Below, in pieces: positions 55,276 to 64,000 of a DNA stretch of 64,000 nt. Made by a program: the position numbers and the translations under genes. Under the pieces are notes generated by a model that saw only the letters and a list, made by a program, of their open reading frames with translations, did no database searches and was not told the origin of the DNA. The DNA is from an uncultured Chloroflexia bacterium (lineage in GTDB: Bacteria > Chloroflexota > Dehalococcoidia > UBA2979). Positions within the stretch are counted from its first letter, which is position 1, and every line of letters starts with the position of its first letter. Location of the stretch: the NCBI GenBank assembly GCA_963728205.1, contig CAVSIV010000006.1:1808145-1872144 (forward strand), given 5' to 3'.

Positions 55276-56702
55276 GTGTTCAGCTCCGCCGACGAGGTCC
55301 TCGAGTACATCAAGGCCGAGGACATCCAGTTCGTCGACATCCGGTTCTGCGACCTGCCGGGCATCATGCAGCACTTCAACGTGCCCGCGTCACACGGTCG
55401 ACGAGGACTTCTTCACCAACGGCCAGATGTTCGACGGATCCTCGATCCGCGGCTTCCAGGCCATCCACGAGTCCGACATGAAGCTCATCCCCGACCCGAC
55501 GACGGCCTTCGTCGACCCGTTCCGCGCCGAGAAGACGCTCATCATGAACTTCTCGATCGTCGACCCCTTCACCGGCGAGCCCTACAGCAGGGACCCCCGC
55601 AACATCGCCGCCAAGGCCGAGGCCTACCTGACCTCGACGGGTATCGCCGACACCGCCTTCTTCGGCGCCGAGGCCGAGTTCTACGTCTTCGACGACGTGC
55701 GCTTCGAGACCAAGGCGAACGCGAGCTACTACTACATCGACTCCGTCGAGGCGGCGTGGAACACCGGCCGCAAGGAAGAGGGCGGCAACCGCGGCTACAA
55801 GACCCGCTACAAGGGTGGGTACTTCCCCGTGCCGCCGGTCGACCACTTCGCCGACACCCGCGACAAGATCTGCCTCAACCTGGCCAAGGTCGGCATCAGC
55901 GTCGAGCGGAGCCACCACGAGGTCGGCACCGCCGGTCAGCAGGAGATCAACTACCGGTTCAACACCCTGCTCGGGTCCGGCGACGACATGATGAAGTTCA
56001 AGTACGTCGTGAAGAACACCGTGTGGGAGGGCGGCAAGACCGCCACCTTCATGCCGAAGCCGATCTTCGGTGACAACGGCTCGGGCATGCACACCCACCA
56101 GTCGCTGTGGAAGGACGGCGAGCCGCTCTTCTACGACGAGCGCGGCTACGGCGGCCTGTCGGACCTGGCCCGCTGGTACATCGGCGGCCTGCTGCGGCAC
56201 GCTCCCGCCCTGCTCGCCTTCACCAACCCGACGGTGAACTCCTACCACCGCCTCGTGCCGGGCTACGAGGCTCCGGTCAACCTCGTCTACTCGGCCCGCA
56301 ACCGCTCCGCCTGCGTTCGCATCCCGATCGCCGGGGACAGCCCGAAGGCCAAGCGCATCGAGTTCCGGATCCCGGACCCCTCGTCCAACCCGTACCTGTG
56401 CTTCGCCGCGCAGCTGATGGCGGGCCTCGACGGCATCAAGAACCGCATCGAGCCCCCGGAGCCGGTGGACAAGGACCTCTACGAGCTGCCCGCCGGAGGA
56501 GCACGACGCGATCGAGCAGGTTCCCGGCTCCCTCCCGGCCGTGCTCGACGCCCTCGAGGCCGACCACGAGTTCCTGCTCGAGGGTGACGTCTTCACCGAG
56601 GACCTCATCGCGACCTGGATCGAGTTCAAGCGCAAGAACGAGGTCGACCCGATCCGGTTCCGCCCGCACCCGCACGAGTTCGAGATGTACTTCGACATCT
56701 GA
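55276..56702 (+). CDS. glnA: Glutamine synthetase type I (frameshifts ~55390 and ~56492)
   Basis: FDGSSI, GAEAEF, KGGYFP, HHEV, FMPKP..DNGSGMH, NRSA, RIEFR, DKDLYEL and [10 protein letters not shown] motifs. Confidence 0.97.
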
Positions 56703-56704
56703 GC
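56672..56704 (+). repeat. attL (3' end of glnA)
   Basis: GCACGAGTTCGAGATGTACTTCGACATCTGAGC matches 60569..60601 at 31 of 33 positions. Confidence 0.88.
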
Positions 56705-56723
56705 GAACCCGCAGGTCAGAGGC

Positions 56724-57745
56724 TTAGTGCGCCTCAGCAGTCCTTGACGAGTCCTCACGAGCACTCAGCGCCGCAGCGACGGCCGCTCGTGAGGACTCGT
56801 CGGCATCCGGCCGCAGGTGCCCGTCGGTGTTGAGCGTTGTGGTCGCGTTGGCGTGGCGAAGCCTGGTCTGTACCACTTTGACGTCGAGGCCGGAGGCGAT
56901 CAGAAGGGACGCGAGGTAGTGCCGCAGGTCGTGGAAGCGAAAGCCTTCCGGGAGACCCGCGACCTGTCCCCTGGCTGCACGGATCGCCCGTTCGATCGCA
57001 TAAGAAGGTCGGCTGCCCGACTTCGTTTGTGACGACCGTCGCGCCCCCGTACTCGGCCCGATTCACGGACAGCAGCAGCGCCAGCTCCGAGGGCGCCGGC
57101 ACGGGCGTCATGCTCGTCTCCGACTTCAAGGGCTCTTGCGGGTACTGAATCTGGGGCTTGACCACGCCTCGCATGTAGTCAACGTCCTGTATCCGGAGCG
57201 CGGCGGCCTCGGACACCCGCAGACCCACGAACGCGCCCAGCAGGATCGCGACTCGCAGGTGGGCAGGCATCGCTTCGTGGAGCGCCCACACCTGCGTCGT
57301 CGCCACATACGGCCTCTGTTTGGCCTGCGGCGGCGAGGTGCGCCTCGAGCACGGCGACTTTGGAATGATCCCGTCATGGACCGCGTCGCTCATGACCTGG
57401 GCAAACCTGCGGTAGGTCGCGTACGTCGTCGACGGCGCGTACCGGTCCCCCAGCGTTACCGTCCAGGCCTTGACGTCGGACGGTTTGACCGCAGAGAGCG
57501 GCGTGGAACCGAAGTGCGCCTTGATCACCTTCACGTGCACGGAGGCCTGCCGCACCGTTGGCTTTCGGCGGGTGCCGTATCCGATCAGCCAAGAGTCGCA
57601 CCAGTCGGAGACAGTGGTGCGCGCCACCTTGGGGTCTACATAGTTGCCGGTCACGACGGACGCCGTCACCTCGTCAAGCCACTTCTTGGCATCGACCCTG
57701 CGCTTGAAGTGGCGGGCATGCTCCTGCCGGCTGAGTCGTAGTACC
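56724..57745 (-). pseudogene. int: Tyrosine integrase: 5'-truncated, frameshifted, catalytic Tyr replaced
   Basis: GLRVSE (catalytic Arg). The second frame reads FRFHDLRHYLAS...RLRHANATTTLNTDGHL, with D at the Tyr position; TAA at 56724. Confidence 0.88.
56746..56801. repeat. Perfect 17-bp inverted repeat in the integrase 3' end
   Basis: GACGAGTCCTCACGAGC (56746-62) and GCTCGTGAGGACTCGTC (56785-801). Confidence 0.7.
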
Positions 57746-58018
57746 GCGCCGGCCTGCCGACCGTTGAGATAGGCCCGGACCGTCTTGCGGTCCTTCCCGA
57801 GGTGGCGGGGGATCGCTGAGATCGTCCATCCCTTCCGGTGCAACGCGTGCACGTCGATGTCGTCCTCCCGTGTGAGCATGAGCGGAGGGGCTCCTTTGAT
57901 GAGCTGGTGCGTGGTCAGAGACCACCAGCGTCAAAGGAGCCTCGCCCGACTCCGTGGAGCCACGCAGGGTGGGGACTTTCAGTGAGCAGGTCTGGGGACT
58001 TTCAGATGAGGGTCATCA
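57746..58018 (-). mobile_element. istA: IS21-family remnant (left end and istA N-terminus)
   Basis: The minus strand begins TGATGA... with two CTGAAAGTCCCCA repeats. The ORF start is MLTREDDIDVHALHRKGWTISAI.RHLGKDRKTVRAYL (HTH). Confidence 0.75.
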
Positions 58019-58346
58019 CGAGCACCATGCTGGTGGACGACGCGACCTACAGCGCGGTAGGCGCTGCGGTCACGACCACTACTGCGCCATAGGTCGCGTT
58101 GTACTCGTGGTCACTCACCTCGACTCATCCGCACCGCGCCCACCCGTCCGGATCTGTCACGATCCGCCGGCACCGGTGAGCGGGCGAGCCCTCACACCTC
58201 AGAGCAGAACGGACAGCGCCCGGGACGCGATCGCTCATCTGCATGCGCTCTGCGAGCGCGAGGATGTCTGCCCCCTCGTCGGGGGCTAGTGGTTGTTCGT
58301 CCTCGCTCAGCGCGTCGGCCCGACCGGGACCAGGACAACGCCCGAC

Positions 58347-59933
58347 CTAGACGACAAAGCCCACTCGGTCCGGGACGCTTTCGATGAAGGCATCGATGAG
58401 TTCATCGTTCTCGTCGATCCATCCCTGTGCGATGTCAGCAAGGGCCTGCATGTCTGTCGCGCCTCCTTCATCCAGAAAGTTCAGTTCCTGAGGGATTGCC
58501 GGCTGCCACCGGTGATAGCTCAGATCGTTGCCGACCAGCGAGCGCAGGGTCATGTCCGTGGCGTCGGATGCCCCGTCAAACAGGTTGGTCAGCAACTCCC
58601 CGCTGCCAATCCACTCCAAGAACCCCCATCCCGAGCTCTCGGGTCCCATCGGCACGTTGAAGTGCCCGGTCCCCAGCGACAACAGGACTTTGGAGCGGCC
58701 CTGGCTTTCCTGGTTCTCGTCCGCCAGCGCGAGCAAGGATGGATTTCCGATGCCAGCGTTCCCGCCATCAACCATCATGTCCTGATCACCACTGCCGTAC
58801 CGAGCCTGAGGGATCTCCACGAGGCCTGGCACCCCCAGGAGCACCGGGTCCACCGGGTTCTCCCAGATCGCCATCGGTGCGAAGAAGGGCACCGCAGCCG
58901 AGGATGCTGTGGCTGCCTGCCACATGCGGTACTCGCTGAAGTCGCGCGTACCCGGAACCGTGGATTCGCGAGAGCCCATGACCTGGGGAGTGCGGCTGCC
59001 GATGTCGTACATGTACGTGAAGGCCTCGCAGCGTGCTTCTGAGAGGCGCCGATCACCGAGGCGTTCGAACAGCTCCAAGGCGAGACGGTCGATGCTGTGC
59101 AGTGGATCTTGCACGTTGTTGATGATCTCCATGATGGCGTCCTTGGCTTGGTTCTTGTGCCAGACCAGCCAATCCGCACCGTTGTCGCGGATGTTGCGTT
59201 GAAGGAAGTCGACGTTGTCCAGGACTCTGTCCTGGAAGCTGCCGCGCTGGAAGATCACCTGCCCCAGTTCCTGGTACATGTCGACGATGTCGGCGGCGGT
59301 GTAGCGGGGAGAACCGTTCGGCCGTTTGGCCGTCAGCCCCACGGTCAGGATGGATCCGGTGGACGTGCCTGCGATGCGGTCGAAGATGCTGCTGATCGGG
59401 CGCTCTGATCGATCCTCAATCTCCTTGAGGATGGTGGCCGGGATCATTCCCCGCGCTCCACCGCCATCGATGCTCAGAACGCGATAGTCGCTGGAGAAGG
59501 CCGTCCATGGGCGTCCGGCCTCGAGGGTGAGGCCTCCGCCGAAGGTATAGCCATCACGGCTGGTGAGCTCGGTGACGCGCAGGTTCTTGGTGGACCCGGT
59601 CGCTCGGTACGTCACCAGGTCGCCTGCCGAGCCGAGAGCCCGCAGCGATGTCTTGCCGGTTACGGTGCGTGCCTCGAGGCGACTCTTCGGCGCCGCACGC
59701 AACTCGGCACTGAGCTGGTGGTGAGGAACGGCAGGCGGTTGCTTGCGTCGGGGAGCCCGAGGGGCGCGAGGCTTCTTGATCTCAAGGTCGGGAACGTCAT
59801 CCAGGATCTTGCGAATGCGCTCTGGAGAGCGCTCCTTGTCTGAGTCCGAGGGGGGTGCAGAAGCGTCCGGGATGAGTCTGCCGGGAATGGGGCGGATCCG
59901 GGCACTCCGGCGGGAAGGTCGGGACTGCGGCAT
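58347..59933 (-). CDS. Patatin-like phospholipase with long basic N-terminal extension
   Basis: LSIDGGGARG, IAGTSTG, SSAAVPFF, VDGG and LSLGTG motifs; intact 528 aa; GGAGA RBS. Confidence 0.9.
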   Translation of the reverse strand: MPQSRPSRRSARIRPIPGRLIPDASAPPSDSDKERSPERIRKILDDVPDLEIKKPRAPRAPRRKQPPAVPHHQLSAELRAAPKSRLEARTVTGKTSLRALGSAGDLVTYRATGSTKNLRVTELTSRDGYTFGGGLTLEAGRPWTAFSSDYRVLSIDGGGARGMIPATILKEIEDRSERPISSIFDRIAGTSTGSILTVGLTAKRPNGSPRYTAADIVDMYQELGQVIFQRGSFQDRVLDNVDFLQRNIRDNGADWLVWHKNQAKDAIMEIINNVQDPLHSIDRLALELFERLGDRRLSEARCEAFTYMYDIGSRTPQVMGSRESTVPGTRDFSEYRMWQAATASSAAVPFFAPMAIWENPVDPVLLGVPGLVEIPQARYGSGDQDMMVDGGNAGIGNPSLLALADENQESQGRSKVLLSLGTGHFNVPMGPESSGWGFLEWIGSGELLTNLFDGASDATDMTLRSLVGNDLSYHRWQPAIPQELNFLDEGGATDMQALADIAQGWIDENDELIDAFIESVPDRVGFVV

Positions 59934-60029
59934 GGCGCTTCTCCATCATGTGTCGTAACGGCGGGATGAGGCTGTGCGAACATCAGGAGCCTGGGAGAGT
60001 CGGTTTGATACTCAGCCGCCGATCTGCCG

Positions 60030-60275
60030 CCATCAATCTTCGACGCTCAATGTTCGACGCCTTGCCGAGCCTGCTCGACGGTCTCGTTGGTGACGAACGC
60101 AGCGTCCTCCTGACGCTCAATCGGATCCTCTCCACCCGCCGCACGGGTGCCATCGGCCCCGAAGGATGTCGGCGCGACAGAGGAGCGTTCGGACCTGGCA
60201 CCGGCCCAAGCGCAGATCCTGGACTTCGCCGCGCAGACATACCCTGGTGCGCTCCAGGACGACTGGATCAAACCT
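60030..60275 (+). pseudogene. Aminoglycoside adenylyltransferase (AadA/ANT) C-terminal domain fragment
   Basis: LRRSMFDALPSLLDGLVGDERSVLLTLNRI..TGAI|PKDVGA...AQILDFA..YPG..QDDW resembles the AadA C-terminal domain (GDERNVLLTL.R, PKD.AA). It is frameshifted and lacks the NTase domain. Confidence 0.7.
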
Positions 60276-60568
60276 CCACCACGAAGCACGAGCAGCAGCT
60301 ACAGACCTCACCTACTGCTTGAATGCGCTCCGGCCCTGATCCCTGATCGTCAGCGTCAGTCGCCGATCCGTGCCTGTCCCACTTCGCCGCGAGCGACCGC
60401 ACGCCGAACCGTCCGCACTCATGGGTTCTGGCCGGGCCTAGCGTTGCTGGGAAGGGGTTGACCCCGGCTTGATATCGGTTGCCACGACCCCCGGGGGCCA
60501 TATGTGGGGTCACATGGGGTTCAGAAGGACCACAAGAGGCGACGTGACCAGCAAGTACCGCTCAACGG

Positions 60569-60601
60569 GCACGACTTCGAGATGCACTTCGACATCTGAG
60601 C
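60569..60601 (+). repeat. attR (displaced glnA 3' end)
   Basis: GCACGACTTCGAGATGCACTTCGACATCTGAGC. Confidence 0.88.
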
Positions 60602-60615
60602 CTGCACCACCCGGC

Positions 60616-60654
60616 CACAGGGCCCGGGATCGTCACGCGGTGCCGGGCCCTGTG
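60616..60654 (+). terminator. Hairpin, probably the original glnA terminator
   Basis: 12-bp stem CACAGGGCCCGG/CCGGGCCCTGTG, 14 nt after attR. Confidence 0.7.
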
Positions 60655-60776
60655 CCGTGCGCAAGGTCCAGCCCACAGGCTAATACAGTTCTGGCGCAAG
60701 CACTCTCGGCTTCGATGTTCGAGCTCACAGAGCGTGGCGAGATCTCTCACCGTCGGGTGAAGGTCACTCACCGATG

Positions 60777-61289
<513 letters not shown>

Positions 61290-61478
61290 CCGGACATCGT
61301 CCCAGCATCGTCAAGACTGCCCCAGCATTCCCCACGACCAAGGTTGACCTGTCCGAAGACGAGTGGTTCCTCGCTTGCTGGTGACGCTCCGCGACGAGGG
61401 TCGCCACGAGGCTGTGCTCCGAGCCTCCGACAGAGTTCCGGCCCGTCCTCCATCCGCCGAAGAGAATGTGAGTCCACC

Positions 61479-61717
61479 GTGTCCGAGCACCCGACATCCC
61501 CCCGACCGACTCCACGGCCCGGGCCCCATGGCTGTGGCTCGCGGTGTCCCCGGTCTTCGTCGTCTTCGGGCTGCTCGCGGGCTAGGGCGTCGAGGGCGCC
61601 GTCGCACCGGACACCACGGGGTCGCAGCGGTCCCTCATGGCCGACGTGGTCGTCGGAGTCGTCGTCCTGTCGGTCGGCACAATCGTCGTGAACGCGGTGC
61701 AGGGCAGCTACAGCTGA
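61479..61717 (+). pseudogene. Small membrane protein remnant
   Basis: PWLWLAVSPVFVVFGLLAG*GVEG...VVVGVVVLSVGTIVVNAVQGSYS*, with an in-frame TAG at 61583. Confidence 0.4.
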
Positions 61718-61814
61718 GGGGACAGCGCCATCTCGGGGAACCCCCTTCGCCGCGCGAACCCGTCACCGTCCGGGCGCCGTCGATCCCCGAGGCGCCATGG
61801 GTCACAATCGCACC

Positions 61815-62445
61815 ATGGCGACAGACCGTGACCGCACCATCGACCAGCTCATCGACGCCGGACGGCACGTCGTCGACCGTGGACTCGTCCAGGCCAGCGG
61901 GGGGAACCTGTCCGCCCGCCTGCCCGGGACGGACCGGTTCGTCGTCACGGGTTCCGGAACCTGGCTGGACCGCCTGACGGCGGAGGACTTCGCCGAGCTG
62001 ACCCTCTCCGGAGACCACGTGGGAGGGGCGCCGCGGCCCTCCGTCGAGTGGAAGCTGCACCAGCAGACCTACGCCGTGCGCGCCGACGTCAGCGGCCGTC
62101 GTGCACCTGCACCCGCAACACGTGCTGCTGGTGGACATGCTCGAGGCACCGATCCGCTTCACGACGCTGGACCACCAGTACTACCTCGGCGGCGTGGGTC
62201 GGGTGCCCTTCCACCCCTCGGGCTCGGAGGAGATCGCCCGCCGCGCCGGCCAGGCGGTCGTGGACCACGACGCGGTCGTGCTGGCCCACCACGGCTGCTC
62301 GACCGTCGGGGGCACGGTGTCGATGGCGCTGCGGCGAGCCCTCAACCTCGAGGAGGCAGCGGCGATGACCTACCGACTGCTCGTGGCGGGCAACACGACC
62401 GCAGACTTCCCGGGCGAGTGGAAGGACAACATCATCACGGTCTGA
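61815..62445 (+). CDS. Class II aldolase/adducin family protein (frameshift ~62095)
   Basis: GGNLSAR, PSVEWKLH..Y, VVHLHP, LAHHG and LEEAA motifs. Confidence 0.9.
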
Positions 62446-62465
62446 CCCCGGGAGCGCTTCCGGAG

Positions 62466-63221
62466 TCACCGGGTGAAGGCGAGGCTCCCCAGTGCGAGGA
62501 GCCACGACACGAACGACCCCACGAGGAAGTACTCGGTGACGGCGTCGATGCCCACCCCGTCGACGCTCGTGCGGTCGTCCCGCTTGGCCTGGAGCTCGGG
62601 AAAGCGGATGAGGCCCTTGGCGGCGATGACGAGGCCGGCGGCAGTGAGCTGACCGGCGAGCCCGAGACCGAGGATGAGGACCCGCTCCATCGGCCCCAGC
62701 AACCGCCCTCCCTTGAGCTCGTCGGACGCCTGGGTGCTGGGGTCGGGGGGAAGTGCCGGTCGCAGGGCGCCGACGCTCAGCAGGACCAGTCGGACGAGCA
62801 GGTTGGCGGTGACGAGGTTGACGAGGAGCAGCCCCACGACGAGGAGGAGGCGACCGGGCGCGACATCCCCGACCAGGGGAGGGTCGGCCCAACCCAGCCA
62901 CTGCTGGAGGACGCCGCCCGCGGGGCTGGCCCAACCGGAGAGGAGGACGAGCCCCGCGCAGGCCACCAGCAGCGAGGTCAGCGCAGCCCAGTGTCCGGAA
63001 CCGTAGGCCAGCGCCTGGGTGGAGTATCGGATCCACAGCGCGAGCGGGACGAGAGCCGCGGCGAGAACCACGAGATCGATGGGTGCGGTGAGCCCCGCGA
63101 GGAGAGCGAGGCCCACGACCGACACCACGCCGCTCGGGAGCGCCCAGCGGCGGGTGCGCTGGCCGGCGCGGACGAGGTCGGCCGTGCCGAGCCCGATCAG
63201 CCAGACGGCCAGCCAGCTCAC
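62466..63221 (-). CDS. Membrane protein (DUF3307/SatE-like)
   Basis: Multiple TM segments; GRLLGPMER, AAKGLIRF and TEYFLVGS motifs. Confidence 0.78.
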   Translation of the reverse strand: MSWLAVWLIGLGTADLVRAGQRTRRWALPSGVVSVVGLALLAGLTAPIDLVVLAAALVPLALWIRYSTQALAYGSGHWAALTSLLVACAGLVLLSGWASPAGGVLQQWLGWADPPLVGDVAPGRLLLVVGLLLVNLVTANLLVRLVLLSVGALRPALPPDPSTQASDELKGGRLLGPMERVLILGLGLAGQLTAAGLVIAAKGLIRFPELQAKRDDRTSVDGVGIDAVTEYFLVGSFVSWLLALGSLAFTR

Positions 63222-63858
63222 GGGATGCCCCGCAGGAGCTCCTGGGCGGCAAGGACCGCCCCGATGCCGTCGGTGCGAACTCGCTGGGACACGGCCGACG
63301 CACTGATGCCCTCGCGCTCAGCGAGGGTGCTCTGGGTGGTGTGCGGGTGCATGAGCCCTTTCAGGAGACGGAGCGACCTGTCCGACAACGAGCCAACCAG
63401 ATGGTCCCGACAGAGCAGGGCCGCGTCGACCGCCGGGCCGGTGGGCTCGGTGCCCGAAGTCGGTAGGCCGTCCGGGCGTGGCGGGTGGCGGCCCGCTCGG
63501 CGAGGTCGGCGACCGTCTCGATCGCGCTGCGGGCCGACCACCAACCGGGCCCGTCCTCGATGCCCCTGCTCTCGTCGAGCACCGTCACGTCACCGCGACC
63601 CAGGCCGAACCGCGTGTCGACCTCGGGCATCAGCGCGAGCCGGACCCTGAGCGCCGCGTCGATCGCTGCCCCGAGGGTCGGGTAGGTGCCCTGGAACTCG
63701 TCGCCGACGGTCACCCTCAGGTCCGTCGTGGCCGGGACCTCGTCGTTCACCCGGGCGAGCACGTCCTCGAGGGAGCGATGGAGCCCTTGCCGGTCCCGGC
63801 TGTTCCGTGACCCGACGACATCACCGAGGAGGACGCACGGTGAAGCGCTGGTCTTCAT
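63218..63858 (-). CDS. SatD family protein with C-terminal HTH (frameshift ~63480)
   Basis: LLGDVVGSR, TVGDEFQG, RFGLG.G and DGPGWW.AR.AI; C-terminal TQSTLAEREGISASAVSQR. Confidence 0.85.
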
Positions 63859-63902
63859 ATCCTTCATATGAAGATCTTACCTTCATTTGCCGCAGATGAA
63901 GG
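63853..63902. promoter_or_regulatory. CTTCAT/ATGAAG operator array at the satD start
   Basis: Perfect palindrome CTTCATATGAAG (63862-73), inverted repeat CCTTCATTTGC-c-GCAGATGAAGG (63880-902) and an extra CTTCAT at 63853. Confidence 0.65.
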
Positions 63903-64000
63903 CCAGACCGTGTGCCGATCCCGACCCGACCATTCGCCGCCGCGCCGGTGGGACGCCGAGGGGTCAGGCGAAGGAGCGCAGGTCCCGGCCGGTCCGTGGC

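Larger units (their letters stand above)
56672..60601. mobile_element. Degenerate ~3.9 kb integrative element in the 3' end of glnA
   Basis: Flanking att direct repeats, integrase next to attL, visibly lower GC and different codon usage, IS remnant. Confidence 0.88.

Noticed and set aside
56672-60601. Complete CBASS system
   Set aside because: Patatin is present, but no CD-NTase, Cap2 or Cap3 ORF is visible. The nearby nucleotidyltransferase-related relic is only an AadA C-terminal domain.
61583-61585. In-frame TAG as pyrrolysine or read-through
   Set aside because: No pyl genes or supporting context. The ORF looks like a decayed remnant.
63964-64000. Probable 3' end of a minus-strand gene (...RTGRDLRSFA*)
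   Set aside because: Only about 12 codons lie in the window, so it cannot be identified.

Overview
High-GC actinobacterial chromosome segment; gene content and order resemble Micrococcales such as Intrasporangiaceae (inference). About 56.7 kb is core genome: glucokinase/ArsA/SRPBCC/FadD, a DEDD-UvrC nuclease, trpD, ctaE-qcrCAB and ctaCDF, an IscS-like/TusA pair, aat, adoK, erpA, nadA, gcvT, pepA, lpdA-sucB, lipBA and glnA. Many single-base frameshifts hit essential genes, so they are most likely sequencing or assembly errors. Main observations: (1) A ~3.9 kb integrative element sits in the 3' end of glnA. It has a 33-bp att repeat, a displaced terminator, a dead tyrosine integrase fused to an IS21 stub, an AadA/ANT C-terminal relic and one intact patatin-like phospholipase. 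(2) Three perfect PafBC/RecA-NDp promoters point to a small Cys-rich protein, the nuclease and a DinB-family gene as LexA-independent DNA-damage genes. (3) The cysteine desulfurase homolog lacks its PLP Lys and His but keeps the catalytic Cys. (4) A stand-alone Afp15-like AAA module has no Walker A. (5) A SatD (cyclase-like plus HTH) and membrane-protein pair sits behind a palindromic operator array. (6) A PASTA-repeat protein and an unknown partner are inserted in the respiratory cluster. No rRNA, tRNA or CRISPR array was seen.
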